From positions 64,001-128,000 of the forward strand of contig CAVXWP010000016.1 in assembly GCA_963765495.1 (NCBI GenBank): a stretch of 64,000 nucleotides of DNA, given 5' to 3'. This document shows, piece after piece, positions 19,550 to 29,750 of this stretch. The stretch comes from Blastocatellia bacterium. GTDB lineage: Bacteria; Acidobacteriota; Blastocatellia; UBA7656. Positions within the stretch are counted from its first letter, which is position 1. Every line of letters starts with the position of its first letter. The notes below the pieces were generated by a model, which was not told the origin of the DNA, ran no database searches, and saw nothing but the letters and a program-made list of their open reading frames with translations. Position numbers and translations under genes: made by a program.

Positions 19550-21373
19550 TCATCTGGTCTGGTCAGTCTGCTCGACGGATGGAGCGGGCTCGGATGTGCC
19601 CGGTTCCGTTTTGGTTTCAGCAAGCCTTGGTCTCTGGGCGGTCGGGGCGGTCTTAAAATAATCCGGCTGGACGAGCGCCACCACAGCTTCGGTCTGCGGG
19701 TTTATGTAAGAGAGCAAGGGCTTTGGATAAACGCCTATCCAGAAGATCAAAAGGATAAGCGGCGCAAACTGCCAGGCCTCGCGAGTATTCAAATCAGGCA
19801 ACGTCTGGTTAGCCGGATTCGTCACCTCTCCAAAGAAGACCCGCTGATAAAGCCATAGCATATAGGCCGCGCCCAGTATGATCCCGATGGTTCCAAGCGC
19901 GCCCCAAAGCGGGCGGGCTTCGAATGCGCCCCTGAGCGTCAGGAATTCGCCTATGAAATTATTCATCAACGGCAACCCGAGCGACGACAGTGTCACTATC
20001 AAAAATATGGTCGAAAATGTCGGCATCACATGAGCCAGCCCGCCGAACTGGGCTATCTCGTAAGTGTGCCGCCGCTCGTAAAGAATCCCCGCGAGCATAA
20101 AGAGCGCGCCCGTCGAGATGCCGTGATTGATCATCTGCATAACCGCGCCGTTGATCCCGTTCGGGTTGAGCGCGAAGAGTCCGAGCATGACAAATCCGAG
20201 GTGCGAGACCGATGAGTATGCGATCAGCTTCTTGACATCCTTTTGCGCCATCGCCACAAGCGCCCCATAGATGATGCCTATGATGGCGAGCGCGATCATT
20301 ACGCCTCGCACTCGCGGGTCGTTTGCGGCATCGGGAAACATCGGCAGCGAAAATCGCACAAACCCGTATGTGCCCATCTTCAGCAGTACGCCTGCCAGTA
20401 TGACCGACCCGGCAGTCGGCGCGTCATAGTGCGCATCCGGCAGCCACGTGTGGAACGGAAACATCGGAACCTTTATCGCAAACGAAAGCGAAAAACCTGC
20501 AAAAAGCCATATCACGAGACCAAGCCCAAATACCGATTTGATATGCGGCCCCATTGCCGTCAGCGCCACGATATTGAACGAACTGCGAACATACCCGGAA
20601 GGGAGCGGCGTCTTACCGTCGGCCCGATTCATAGCGTCTTCAGCCAGAGCGAGCATTTTACTGTTTACCTGCCCGACTCGCTCGGGGTCGGTCAGGCTGC
20701 TCGAAGCGTACTGCCGTGCGGTCGCTTCGACTTCGACCCGTTTGGTTTGAACTATTTCGGGGAAGATAAAGTAGAGCTTCAAAACGGCAAGCAACATGAC
20801 GACCGATCCTACAAGGGTATAGAGGAAGAACTTGATTGCCGAATAGAGCCGGTTCTTGCCGCCCCATATGCCTATCAGAAAATACATTGGGACGAGCATC
20901 ACTTCCCAGAAGACGAAGAATAAAAACAGATCGGCGGCTACGAACGCGCCTATCATGCCGCTTTGAAGCAGCAGCAGCATGATGTAGTACTCTTTTTCAC
21001 GCCCCTTCTCTCGAATATAAGACCACGAGCAGATGACGGCCAGCACTCCGAGCAGCGTCGTCAGAATCACAAGCACGAGCGAGAGACCGTCTACGCCAAG
21101 TTGATAACGCGCGCCGATGAGCGGTATCCATTCGTGATCCTCTATGAATTGCAGACCGCCGAGCGCCCGGTCGTAACCGTGATTGTTCCCACCCAGCCCC
21201 GTAAGCAGCGGCACCGAAATCAAAAAACATAAGACGATCCAGAGATTTGCGAACCATCGGATTCGGTCATTTCTCACGCTGTTGAAAAACAGCAGGATGA
21301 TCGCTCCAACAGCAGGCAACCACGTCACCCACGAGAGGATGCCTATCTTGAAAAACTCTATCTCACCAGGCAT
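19550..21373 (-). CDS. nuoM: NADH-quinone oxidoreductase subunit M (with loop insertion)
   Basis: GVDGLS, FWEVMLVPMY, IKVPMFPFHTWLPDAH, LLKMGTYG, AYSSVSHLG. Confidence 0.95.
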   Translation of the reverse strand: MPGEIEFFKIGILSWVTWLPAVGAIILLFFNSVRNDRIRWFANLWIVLCFLISVPLLTGLGGNNHGYDRALGGLQFIEDHEWIPLIGARYQLGVDGLSLVLVILTTLLGVLAVICSWSYIREKGREKEYYIMLLLLQSGMIGAFVAADLFLFFVFWEVMLVPMYFLIGIWGGKNRLYSAIKFFLYTLVGSVVMLLAVLKLYFIFPEIVQTKRVEVEATARQYASSSLTDPERVGQVNSKMLALAEDAMNRADGKTPLPSGYVRSSFNIVALTAMGPHIKSVFGLGLVIWLFAGFSLSFAIKVPMFPFHTWLPDAHYDAPTAGSVILAGVLLKMGTYGFVRFSLPMFPDAANDPRVRGVMIALAIIGIIYGALVAMAQKDVKKLIAYSSVSHLGFVMLGLFALNPNGINGAVMQMINHGISTGALFMLAGILYERRHTYEIAQFGGLAHVMPTFSTIFLIVTLSSLGLPLMNNFIGEFLTLRGAFEARPLWGALGTIGIILGAAYMLWLYQRVFFGEVTNPANQTLPDLNTREAWQFAPLILLIFWIGVYPKPLLSYINPQTEAVVALVQPDYFKTAPTAQRPRLAETKTEPGTSEPAPSVEQTDQTR

Positions 21374-21387
21374 AGCAGAGTGCTCCT

Positions 21388-21426
21388 ATCTGAAATCTCA
21401 GATTCGAGATTTGGAAGTTGAAATCT
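21388..21426. repeat. Degenerate AAATCTC/GAGATTT heptamer array (nuoL-nuoM spacer)
   Basis: atctgaaatctcagattcgagatttggaagttgaaatct. Confidence 0.65.
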
Positions 21427-23824
21427 AATTACCGCCGAAACCTTTTATCGTAAACTGCACAGACGAAAAGACGTAGAACAGAAGAATGATGAACAGCCCG
21501 AAGGCAAACAGCAGCGCGTAATTTTGCCAGAACCCCGTCTGAAGCGAGCGCAGGATGAACGAACCTGCCTTCGTTATCCATCCCGTAGCATTTACCGCGC
21601 CATCAATGATCCACTTATCAAAGAATCCGCTCACGCGCGCCCAGAATTTCGTCAGCCAGCCCGAGCCGTTTACCCCACCGTCAACCACCTTTGCGTCAAC
21701 CTGCCACAGCGCGTTGTTTACGGCCTTGCCCGCCTCAACGCCTTTAACATCAAGCAGATAATCCCAGTACCATTTGTTAAAGCTCAAACGGTAGAGCGGG
21801 CGCAAGCGCGCAGCCCAGGCGTCGGGCAACTCCGGGCGTTTGACATAAAAGAGCCGGCCAAGATAAATGCCTCCCGCAGCGATGGCAAGCGATAGCACAA
21901 TCAGCACGTACTCCATCGGATCAACGGGCTCGTGCGCGCCTTCGTTGTGCGCGACGCTCGTCTCTTGAGGAGGAGCCGCCACACCGTGCAGCACTTCGGC
22001 GGCAGCCGCGCGCTCCGCTCCTTCGTGAACATTCACTATCACGGGATCGAGCCAGCGCTCGAACAGATTGATATTGGCCTTGCCGCCCGTGAAGGCGTGC
22101 GATATTCCTATCAGACCTCCTACCACGGAAAAGACCGCAAGCACTATGAGCGGCACGGTCATGCTCGAAGGCGATTCGCGCGGCTCGAAATGAGCGTGCG
22201 AGATGCCGTGAGCATCGAGGCTGTCTGTAGCGTCGTGCGCGCCTACGTGCTCTCCCGGCTCGTGATGAGGCCGATCACCCGCAGAGACGCGCAAGGCATC
22301 GTGCGGGGCCTCGCCCTTGTCGTGCGCCGAGGCGTGAGCCTCGTCGGCTTCGCCCCCGGCGTGGATCTTGCGAAAACGCTCTTCGCCCCAGAAGGTCATC
22401 GCTATGAGCCGCGTCATGTAAAACGCCGTGAGCCCGGCGGTGATAAAACCAACCAGCCACAGGATTTTCCCGCCGCCGAAGACACTCGTCGAAAAGGTCT
22501 TCCACAAAATCTCGTCCTTGGACCAGAAGCCCGCAAACGGGATGATGCCGCAGATCGCAAGCCAGCCCGCGAGCATGGTCTTGTAGGTCGTAGGCATATA
22601 CTTTGCCAGTCCACCCATTCGCGGCATCTCCTGTTCGTGGTGCATGCCGTGAATGACCGAGCCTGAACCAAGAAACAGCAGCGCCTTAAAGAAAGCGTGT
22701 GTGAGGACGTGAAAGATCGCGGCTACAAACGCGCCCACGCCCGCGCCCAGAAACATGTAGCCGAGTTGCGAGACGGTCGAGTAGGCCAGCACCTTCTTGA
22801 TGTCGGTCTGCGTGATTCCTATGGTTGCGGCGATGAAAGCGGTCAGGCATCCGATGAGCGCGACTATCATCATCATCGTCACCGACCGTTGAAAGATGAA
22901 ATTGGTTCGCGTCACCATAAACACGCCCGCCGTGACCATCGTTGCCGCGTGTATCAGCGCGGAAACCGGGGTGGGTCCGGCCATCGCGTCCGGCAGCCAG
23001 ATGTATAGCGGTATCTGCGCGCTCTTGCCCGTAGCGCCTATAAAAAGCCCGAGCGCCAGCCACGACATCAACCCGAACTGCCACAGGTTTTCGACTCCGT
23101 AGGCGGAAGAAGCCCGGGCAACCTCAGAAAACTGCAATGTGCCGAAGGTGGCGAATACGCCCATAATCGCCAGCGCGAAACCGAAATCGCCGATGCGGTT
23201 GACGATAAAAGCCTTCTTCGAAGCGTCTCCGGCCTCCCGCCGGTCGAAGTAATATCCGATCAGCAAATAAGAGCACAGACCAACGCCCTCCCACCCTATA
23301 AACATGATAAGGAAATTCGACCCCATCACGAGCAGCAACATCATGAACATGAAAAGGTTCAGGTAAGAGAAGAAGCGGTAATAGCCCTTGTCGCCGTGCA
23401 TGTAGCCCGTAGCGAATACGTGTATCCAGAAGCCGACAAACGTGACGATAAACATCATCACAAGCGAAAGCTGGTCTATCTGATAGCTCCACTCGATGTT
23501 GAAACTGGCAAGCGTGCCCGCGTGCTCGCCCTGAGTTTCATGCGCCAGCCCGCCCGGAAGCCACGTAAACGAATGAGGGAATCCTGCGTGCTCGCCCGTC
23601 GCCGGGTCGGTGCTTGTGACATAGGGCTTGTCTTCGTGCGCGGGCGCATAATCTGTGGCGTACTGGTAAAACGCTCCCAGCGTGAGCAGCATCGAGAGCA
23701 GTATCACGCCGCAGGCGATAATTGACACAGCGCGCTCGCTGAGCTTCAGCTTGCGTCCGAGCAGAAAGTTGATCAGAAAACCGAGGAGCGGAAAGATTGG
23801 GATGAGCCAGACGAGTTTTAACAT
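21425..23824 (-). CDS. nuoL: NADH-quinone oxidoreductase subunit L
   Basis: GWEGVGLCSYLLIG, NRIGD, GKSAQIPL..WLPDAMAGPTPVSALIHAATMVTAG, HAFFKALLFL. Confidence 0.96.
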   Translation of the reverse strand: MLKLVWLIPIFPLLGFLINFLLGRKLKLSERAVSIIACGVILLSMLLTLGAFYQYATDYAPAHEDKPYVTSTDPATGEHAGFPHSFTWLPGGLAHETQGEHAGTLASFNIEWSYQIDQLSLVMMFIVTFVGFWIHVFATGYMHGDKGYYRFFSYLNLFMFMMLLLVMGSNFLIMFIGWEGVGLCSYLLIGYYFDRREAGDASKKAFIVNRIGDFGFALAIMGVFATFGTLQFSEVARASSAYGVENLWQFGLMSWLALGLFIGATGKSAQIPLYIWLPDAMAGPTPVSALIHAATMVTAGVFMVTRTNFIFQRSVTMMMIVALIGCLTAFIAATIGITQTDIKKVLAYSTVSQLGYMFLGAGVGAFVAAIFHVLTHAFFKALLFLGSGSVIHGMHHEQEMPRMGGLAKYMPTTYKTMLAGWLAICGIIPFAGFWSKDEILWKTFSTSVFGGGKILWLVGFITAGLTAFYMTRLIAMTFWGEERFRKIHAGGEADEAHASAHDKGEAPHDALRVSAGDRPHHEPGEHVGAHDATDSLDAHGISHAHFEPRESPSSMTVPLIVLAVFSVVGGLIGISHAFTGGKANINLFERWLDPVIVNVHEGAERAAAAEVLHGVAAPPQETSVAHNEGAHEPVDPMEYVLIVLSLAIAAGGIYLGRLFYVKRPELPDAWAARLRPLYRLSFNKWYWDYLLDVKGVEAGKAVNNALWQVDAKVVDGGVNGSGWLTKFWARVSGFFDKWIIDGAVNATGWITKAGSFILRSLQTGFWQNYALLFAFGLFIILLFYVFSSVQFTIKGFGGN

Positions 23825-23827
23825 AGT

Positions 23828-23908
23828 AGTTTTGAGTTTTGAGTTTTGAGTTTTGAATTCCGAGCAGAGTCTGTATAACTCAAAACTCAGAACTCAGAAC
23901 TCAAAACT
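23828..23908. repeat. Inverted TTTTGAG/CTCAAAA heptamer arrays (nuoK-nuoL spacer)
   Basis: (agttttg)x4 ... aactcaaaactcagaactcagaactcaaaact. Confidence 0.9.
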
Positions 23909-23914
23909 GCAAGA

Positions 23915-24343
23915 TTACCATTTAAGCAAATCAATTTCGTCAATCGCTACGGTTTCGCGGTTGCGGAACAGCGATATGACGATGCCCAATCCGACGGCGG
24001 CTTCGGCTGCCGCCACAACTATGATGAATATCGTAAAGACGGGGCCGGTCAGCGTATTCACAGCCAGTCCTTTGGTCGCCAGCGTCGTTTGATTTATCTG
24101 CAAATAGCGCGAAAACGCTATCAGATTCAGATTGACCGCGTTCAGTATCAACTCGATAGACATGAAGATGATTATGATATTGCGGCGCGACAATACGCCT
24201 GCCACTCCCACCACAAACAGCAGGAAACTGAGCATCAGGAAGTTGACAAGCGTAGGCTCGAATCTCTGAAGGATAGACGATCCCTGAGCCTGCATCAGGA
24301 GCGGGGCGGCATAGGCGAGCGTGCCTATGGCAAAACTGATCAC
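23915..24343 (-). CDS. nuoK: NADH-quinone oxidoreductase subunit K
   Basis: [31 protein letters not shown]; GTG start at 24343 after GGAGG. Confidence 0.92.
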   Translation of the reverse strand: MISFAIGTLAYAAPLLMQAQGSSILQRFEPTLVNFLMLSFLLFVVGVAGVLSRRNIIIIFMSIELILNAVNLNLIAFSRYLQINQTTLATKGLAVNTLTGPVFTIFIIVVAAAEAAVGLGIVISLFRNRETVAIDEIDLLKW

Positions 24344-24359
24344 AGCATCCCTCCATTCT

Positions 24360-24488
24360 GAGGGATGAGGGATGAGGGATGAGGGATGAAAAGGACTGTA
24401 GGGGAACACTCCGGTAAATGGTCAAACCAATTAATCGAATTTGCCCTTAAACTCTTTTTCATCCCTCATCCCTCATCCCTCATCCCTC
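24360..24488. repeat. Perfect 33-bp inverted arms (GAGGGAT)4GAAAA / TTTTC(ATCCCTC)4 (nuoJ-nuoK spacer)
   Basis: Read directly from the sequence. Confidence 0.93.
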
Positions 24489-24498
24489 CTGAAATCCC

Positions 24499-25086
24499 TT
24501 ATTCATAAAGCTTTTCCTGTTTGGTCCCGCGCGCAAGCAAAACCGCTCCCACTATTGCCACAAGCAACAGCAAAGAGGCGATCTCGAAGGGCAGCGCGGC
24601 CTGTTTGTAAAGCGATTCACCGACGTTTTGCGTGTCTTTCGATATCGTGCCCGCACCTGCTTCTGATCTCACGCCCGACTGATCTAAGCCCTGTCTCGCC
24701 TCGGCGGTGGTCGGACGAAAAGCAGGTTGCGCCGGATTCATCGCGAAGTAAAACGAGAAGGCGAGCAAAAAAGCTACTATTACGGCCCACCACATCTGCC
24801 CGGTGTAAAGACGCACGCGGGCCTCTTCTTCGGCGCGCGTCTGCACAAGCATGATGACGAACAGAAACAAGACCATTACGCCGCCGACATAGACAAGTAT
24901 CTGGACACCGGCTACGAATTCAGCGCGCAGCAGTATGAACAACAGCGCTACGTTGACCAGAGTAGCGATCAAAAAAAGCGCCGAGTGAACCGCGAGTCGC
25001 GCCGTCACCACAAAGACGCTCATTATCAGCGTCATAAAGGCCAGCACGTAAAAAAGCACCGCTTCCCAACCGTGTAATTGCATCAC
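24499..25086 (-). CDS. nuoJ: NADH-quinone oxidoreductase subunit J
   Basis: AEFVAGVQILVYVGGVMVLFLFVIML, PFEIASLLLLVAIVGA. Confidence 0.95.
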   Translation of the reverse strand: MMQLHGWEAVLFYVLAFMTLIMSVFVVTARLAVHSALFLIATLVNVALLFILLRAEFVAGVQILVYVGGVMVLFLFVIMLVQTRAEEEARVRLYTGQMWWAVIVAFLLAFSFYFAMNPAQPAFRPTTAEARQGLDQSGVRSEAGAGTISKDTQNVGESLYKQAALPFEIASLLLLVAIVGAVLLARGTKQEKLYE

Positions 25087-25093
25087 TTTCCTC

Positions 25094-25147
25094 GGGGGTC
25101 AGGGGCCAGTGGGAGCGCAAGAGCGTTGCATCCGGCCCCCGACCCCT
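25094..25147. repeat. Inverted GGGGGTC/GACCCCC-type short arms (nuoI-nuoJ spacer)
   Basis: gggggtcaggggcc ... ggcccccgacccc. Confidence 0.7.
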
Positions 25148-25151
25148 ATTC

Positions 25152-25697
25152 TCATTTTGTGTATCGGACGTAATTGATGCCTTTCTCAAGCATCTCTCTG
25201 TCCCACCGGAACCCTGATCTGTGATATACCGCCAACTCAAAACTCTGCGTCAACTCCAGGCAATCCGTCGGACACGCCTCCGAACATAAATTGCAAAACA
25301 TGCACCTCGACGTATCAAAGGTAAAAGTCGTCAGCACCTTCTTTTTGTTTACCTTCTCTTTGTCCCTAACCTCGCGACGGATAGAGCCTACCTCTATGCA
25401 GTCTACCGGGCAGGCCAGCGCGCACAGGTCGCAGGCTATGCAGAGCGTGCCGCCGGTTTCGGGGTCGAGGTTTAAGCGGGGAGCGCCGCGAAAGCGTTCA
25501 GAGACGCGGGCAGGTTCGAGCGGGTACTGCTCGGTATAGATGGCCTGATTTGGATTGCCGCCGTCGCGAGCTTCGTAGAGGGCGCGGGCGTTGTATTTGA
25601 AAGTGACCGCAAGTCCCTTGAACAGGTCCAGTAACAGAAGCCGACGGATTATCTCGCCAAGCGAGCGTTTCTTTACAGGAGTTGTCGCTAATGCCAT
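25152..25697 (-). CDS. nuoI: NADH-quinone oxidoreductase subunit I (2x[4Fe-4S])
   Basis: TEQYP, RFRG, CIACDLCALACP and CMFCNLCSEACP. Confidence 0.95.
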   Translation of the reverse strand: MALATTPVKKRSLGEIIRRLLLLDLFKGLAVTFKYNARALYEARDGGNPNQAIYTEQYPLEPARVSERFRGAPRLNLDPETGGTLCIACDLCALACPVDCIEVGSIRREVRDKEKVNKKKVLTTFTFDTSRCMFCNLCSEACPTDCLELTQSFELAVYHRSGFRWDREMLEKGINYVRYTK

Positions 25698-25772
25698 AAA
25701 TTCCCTATCGGAATCAGAAAACCCGAAGAACCGGTCGCCGATTTACCGGCTCCGCCCACAGGTCTCCTATCC

Positions 25773-27092
25773 CTATTCTGCCGCTTCGGCCATCTTGTCG
25801 AGCCGCTCGCGGCGCAGTCTTAGCTGAAGCTGGCGCTGCTCGTGCAGGTTGAAATCCCGCGACCGCCGATTGATCGTCACAAGCACTAACCAGATCAGCG
25901 GAATAGTTATAAGAAAGCCCGTTATGATGAAATACCAGATGCCCGCCCCCGTAGGCACGAGCCGCCCCTTCACATCTTTCATGAAGCCGAGCAACCCGCC
26001 GCTCGATTGCGGCAGCGCCAGCACATACAGGATGCCCGTGAGCACGATATTAGCGAGCCCCGCAGGTATCAGCCATTTCCATCCGATCTCCATCAACTGG
26101 TCATAGCGGTAGCGCGGCCACGTCCATCTGATCCACATATAAGCGTAGATCAAAGCCATGACCTTCGCCATGAAGACCGCCACGCTGACAAAGACAAACG
26201 CGGTTCGATTCTGAATCAGATTAAGACCGGGAAACGACCAGCCGCCTAAAAACAGCGTCACGGCGACTGCCGATGTCACTATCATCGCCGAATACTCGGC
26301 CATAAAAAATAACGCCCATCGGAAACCCGAATACTCCGTGTGATACCCGGCTACGAGTTCGGATTCAGCTTCGGGCAGATCGAAGGGAGCGCGGTTGGTT
26401 TCGCCCAGCGCGCTTATGACGTAAACCAGAAAGCCTACGGGCTGAAAGGCCACATACCACATGCCGTCCGCCTGTTGCGCTTCGACTATGCCCGACATCG
26501 AAAGCGTGCGCGCAAACATCAGAGCGCCGATTATCGAAAGACCCATGCCGACTTCGTAGCTCACCATCTGAGCCGATGACCTGAGCGCGCCAAGCAGCGA
26601 ATACTTCGAATTCGAAGACCATCCCGCAAGCACGAGCCCAAGGACGCTTACCGACGACACGGCCAGAATAAACAGCAACCCGATATTGACGTTTGCTATC
26701 GTAGCCCAGGACGCGCCCCACGGGATGACCGATAAAACGACAAGCGCCGCTACAACCGAGATTATAGGCGCGATCAAAAAGACCGCGCGGTCGGCCTTGA
26801 TCGGGACGATATCTTCCTTCAGCAGCAGCTTGAGCCCGTCGGCGGCCGGCTGGAGCAATCCCCATGGGCCTACGCGCATCGGACCGAGCCGCGCCTGCAT
26901 GAAGGCCGACACCTTGCGCTCGACATAAACCAGATAAGCCACAAGCGTCAGGATCACAAACAGCACTATGATTATCTGTATGAGCGGCCACACGACATAT
27001 TCTGCCCAGAAAACATTTGGCAGCCTTTCATTCGTGAGGCTTCTCACCCAGTCGGGAGCAAGCGCTAAAAACGTTGTTAGAATGCCTGGCAT
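25773..27092 (-). CDS. nuoH: NADH-quinone oxidoreductase subunit H (C-terminally extended)
   Basis: ERKVSAFMQARLGP, QPAADGLKLLLKE, ETNRAPFDLPEAESELVAGYHTEYSG, PRYRYDQLM. Confidence 0.96.
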   Translation of the reverse strand: MPGILTTFLALAPDWVRSLTNERLPNVFWAEYVVWPLIQIIIVLFVILTLVAYLVYVERKVSAFMQARLGPMRVGPWGLLQPAADGLKLLLKEDIVPIKADRAVFLIAPIISVVAALVVLSVIPWGASWATIANVNIGLLFILAVSSVSVLGLVLAGWSSNSKYSLLGALRSSAQMVSYEVGMGLSIIGALMFARTLSMSGIVEAQQADGMWYVAFQPVGFLVYVISALGETNRAPFDLPEAESELVAGYHTEYSGFRWALFFMAEYSAMIVTSAVAVTLFLGGWSFPGLNLIQNRTAFVFVSVAVFMAKVMALIYAYMWIRWTWPRYRYDQLMEIGWKWLIPAGLANIVLTGILYVLALPQSSGGLLGFMKDVKGRLVPTGAGIWYFIITGFLITIPLIWLVLVTINRRSRDFNLHEQRQLQLRLRRERLDKMAEAAE

Positions 27093-27100
27093 ATTTGACC

Positions 27101-27222
27101 TGATGCGTGATGCGTAATTCGTGATGCGTAATTCGTGACGCGTGATTCGTGATTTTCAGGCGATTGACTTTTTATCGCCCGAACCGTCTTTTGCACGGCT
27201 CACGCATCACGCGTCACGCATC
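27101..27222. repeat. Inverted TGATGCG/CGCATCA heptamer arrays (nuoD-nuoH spacer)
   Basis: tgatgcg tgatgcg taattcg tgatgcg taattcg tgacgcg tgattcg ... tcacgca tcacgcg tcacgca. Confidence 0.9.
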
Positions 27223-27227
27223 GTTAT

Positions 27228-28361
27228 TTACCTGTCAACTTCGCCCAGCACGATGTCTATCGTGCCGATGATGGCAACTACGTCGGCAACCAGATGGCCT
27301 ATCGCCATGCGCTTTAGAGATTGCAGATTTATGTATGACGGCGGGCGAATACGCATGCGATAAGGCTTGCCTGTGCCGTCGCTCACCAGATAGACGCCCA
27401 GTTCGCCCTTTGGCGCTTCTATAGGATAATAGACCTCGCCCACGGGCGGCTTTATCACCTTCGACACCTTGGCCATGACTGGGCCTTCCGGCAGCCCGTC
27501 AAGCGCCTGCTCGATAATCCTGACCGATTGCCGCATCTCTTCCATACGCACAAGGTAACGGTCATATGTATCGCCGTTTTCGCCTAGCGGTATATCGAAA
27601 TCGAACTCCGAATAAGCCGAATAAGGCTGCGCCTTGCGCACGTCGTAATTGACGCCCGAGCCGCGCAGAACGGGACCGGTCATGCTGAGGTTTATAGCCT
27701 CCTCGCCCGACAGCACCCCGATGCCTACGGTGCGGCTGAGCCAGATGCGATTCGTGTTGAGCAGGGTTTCGTATTCGTCTATGCGGCCCGGAAGTATCTT
27801 CAGGAAATCGCGCACCCTTGTCTCAAATTCAGGATAAGCATCCCACCAGAGGCCGCCTATGCGAAACGCGTGCGCCGTGAGCCGCGCCCCTATGAAGTCC
27901 TCGAATATCTTCAATATCTCTTCGCGCTCGCGGAAGCAGTAGAGCAAAACCGTCACCGCGCCTATGTCTATCGCGTGAGTGCCAAGCCATAGAAGGTGGG
28001 AAGCGATGCGCTGAAGCTCTGTGAGAATGACGCGCAGGTATTCGGCGCGGCGCGGCACTTCTACCTGCAAGAGTTTCTCCACGCCTCCAACATAACAGAG
28101 ATCACCCGACACGGCGGCTACATAATCAAGCCGGTCCCAGTAGGGCGTTATCATAGCGTATGTGTCGTGCTCGGCGATCTTTTCCACGCCCCTGTGCAGG
28201 TAGCCTATGTCGCAATCGAGGTCTGTGACCGTCTCGCCGTCAAGCTTCAGCAACACGCGCAGCACTCCGTGAGTGCTCGGGTGCTGCGGCCCCATGTTAA
28301 GCACCATCTCTTCGGTATCGAAGAGCGTTTCCTGATTTCTTACTGCATCTTGCTCTTGCAT
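27228..28361 (-). CDS. nuoD: NADH-quinone oxidoreductase subunit D
   Basis: [42 protein letters not shown]-terminus. Confidence 0.97.
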   Translation of the reverse strand: MQEQDAVRNQETLFDTEEMVLNMGPQHPSTHGVLRVLLKLDGETVTDLDCDIGYLHRGVEKIAEHDTYAMITPYWDRLDYVAAVSGDLCYVGGVEKLLQVEVPRRAEYLRVILTELQRIASHLLWLGTHAIDIGAVTVLLYCFREREEILKIFEDFIGARLTAHAFRIGGLWWDAYPEFETRVRDFLKILPGRIDEYETLLNTNRIWLSRTVGIGVLSGEEAINLSMTGPVLRGSGVNYDVRKAQPYSAYSEFDFDIPLGENGDTYDRYLVRMEEMRQSVRIIEQALDGLPEGPVMAKVSKVIKPPVGEVYYPIEAPKGELGVYLVSDGTGKPYRMRIRPPSYINLQSLKRMAIGHLVADVVAIIGTIDIVLGEVDR

Positions 28362-28369
28362 ATCTTTAT

Positions 28370-28424
28370 GGGGGTCGGGGGTCGGGGGCCAGGGGCCGGT
28401 TTTTTCGGCCTTGACTCCTACCCC
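28370..28424. repeat. Inverted GGGGGTC-type heptamer arms (nuoC-nuoD spacer)
   Basis: gggggtc gggggtc gggggcc aggggccgg ... cggccttgactcctacccc. Confidence 0.75.
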
Positions 28425-28437
28425 TGATTGTTAGCCC

Positions 28438-29559
28438 TTACCGTCTTTCAGCATACTTCACATCTATCAGGCTCGTGTCGTAATCGACCTCTCGATAGTC
28501 GAGATGTTTATCGGTCCATTCGTTGTCGCGATACTCTATCGGGTAATCTTTGCGAAGCGGATAACCGGGCCAGTCGGGCGGCATAAGTATACGGCGCAGG
28601 TCCGGGTGGCCTTCAAATCGTATGCCGAACATATCAAAGACCTCGCGTTCCATCCAGTCTGCGCCCGCCCAGATCGAAACGACGCTCGGAGCGGCCTCGC
28701 CTTCGGCGATAGCCGTCTTGACGCGCAGCCTCCGGTTTTTCGGCACGGAATAAAGGTTCACGACTATATCGAACTCCTGTCCGGCGCGCTCCGGCCAGTG
28801 AATCGCCGTCAAATCCGAACACATGTCAAAAAGCGATTCGCTGTCGTCGTGCAGGAAGCGGCAAAGTTCGAGGTAAGACGAGTTTTTGACAACCACGATC
28901 TGCTGAGAGTGAGTGGCCACGGTTTCGGTTATCGCGTCTTTGAACTTCTGCTTTAATCGGTCGATGAGCGGATCGTCTGTGATCTCTACGGTGACGACCG
29001 GCCCCTTTTTCGGCGGCGGCCTTGGCGGCGCGTGACCGGCTGCCCCGGCGGCTTTTGGAGGCGCGGGCCTCCCGGCAGCGGGCGCGCGTGGCGGCGGCGC
29101 GGGCTTTGCAGCAGCGGCCTCTTTTGGTGCTGCCTCTTTTGATGGAGCCTCTGCCGTTGGAGCCTCTTTTTGAGGAGTCTCTTTTTGAGGAGTCTCTTTT
29201 TGAGGAGTCTCGGGCTTGCCCTCTTCGGAAGCGCCTTCGATTGTGGGCGTAAGCGAAGGTTTTTCCACACCGGGCAACGCCTGTTCGACCTTGGCTTCGG
29301 TTCTGGGTTTCTCTCCGAGTGGGAGCGTGGGCTTGATCTTTGCCTCAAGCTCTTCGGCCGGGTGCTCGCTTCCGGCAATGGCAGGAAGCGGAAGAGTCTG
29401 TTCGGGAACTGGTGCGCCTACCTCTTCTTTGGCATCCTTGCCCGCCGCTTCGGGAGGTTTTGGCAGAGACGCCATCTCTCTCGTCTTTTCGGCTTGTTCC
29501 TCTTCGCGCCCTTTGTCACTCGGCTGATTTTCCGATGTATCCTTGGATTCGTCTGACAT
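28438..29559 (-). CDS. nuoC: NADH-quinone oxidoreductase subunit C with long low-complexity N-terminal extension
   Basis: C-terminal [35 protein letters not shown]; N-terminal ~190 aa rich in E/P/K/A. Confidence 0.92.
   Translation of the reverse strand: MSDESKDTSENQPSDKGREEEQAEKTREMASLPKPPEAAGKDAKEEVGAPVPEQTLPLPAIAGSEHPAEELEAKIKPTLPLGEKPRTEAKVEQALPGVEKPSLTPTIEGASEEGKPETPQKETPQKETPQKEAPTAEAPSKEAAPKEAAAAKPAPPPRAPAAGRPAPPKAAGAAGHAPPRPPPKKGPVVTVEITDDPLIDRLKQKFKDAITETVATHSQQIVVVKNSSYLELCRFLHDDSESLFDMCSDLTAIHWPERAGQEFDIVVNLYSVPKNRRLRVKTAIAEGEAAPSVVSIWAGADWMEREVFDMFGIRFEGHPDLRRILMPPDWPGYPLRKDYPIEYRDNEWTDKHLDYREVDYDTSLIDVKYAERR
29166..29210. repeat. In-frame 15-bp perfect tandem repeat x3 encoding ETPQK
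   Basis: ctttttgaggagtct x3. Confidence 0.9.
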
Positions 29560-29750
29560 TTTAATGTAACCCGAAACACGGCGCGCAGGCATCTAGCGTG
29601 CGCGCTGTAACTATTAGAGCTTCGTATGTGACTTCTCTAAGAAAAGATTTTGCTGCCAGCCGGAATGCTTTTAGCACAGGGGTCAAAGCGTTGTCAATCT
29701 GAGCGTTAGAAGGTGTGGCAAATCAATGCGAGTAAAGGCAATTACACGGC

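Noticed and set aside
19550-23824. 2M-type complex I (duplicated nuoM)
   Set aside because: Only one nuoM lies between nuoL and nuoN.
4924-29210. Tandem repeats as CRISPR arrays
   Set aside because: Units are 7-15 bp, directly adjacent with no unique spacers, and no cas genes are present.
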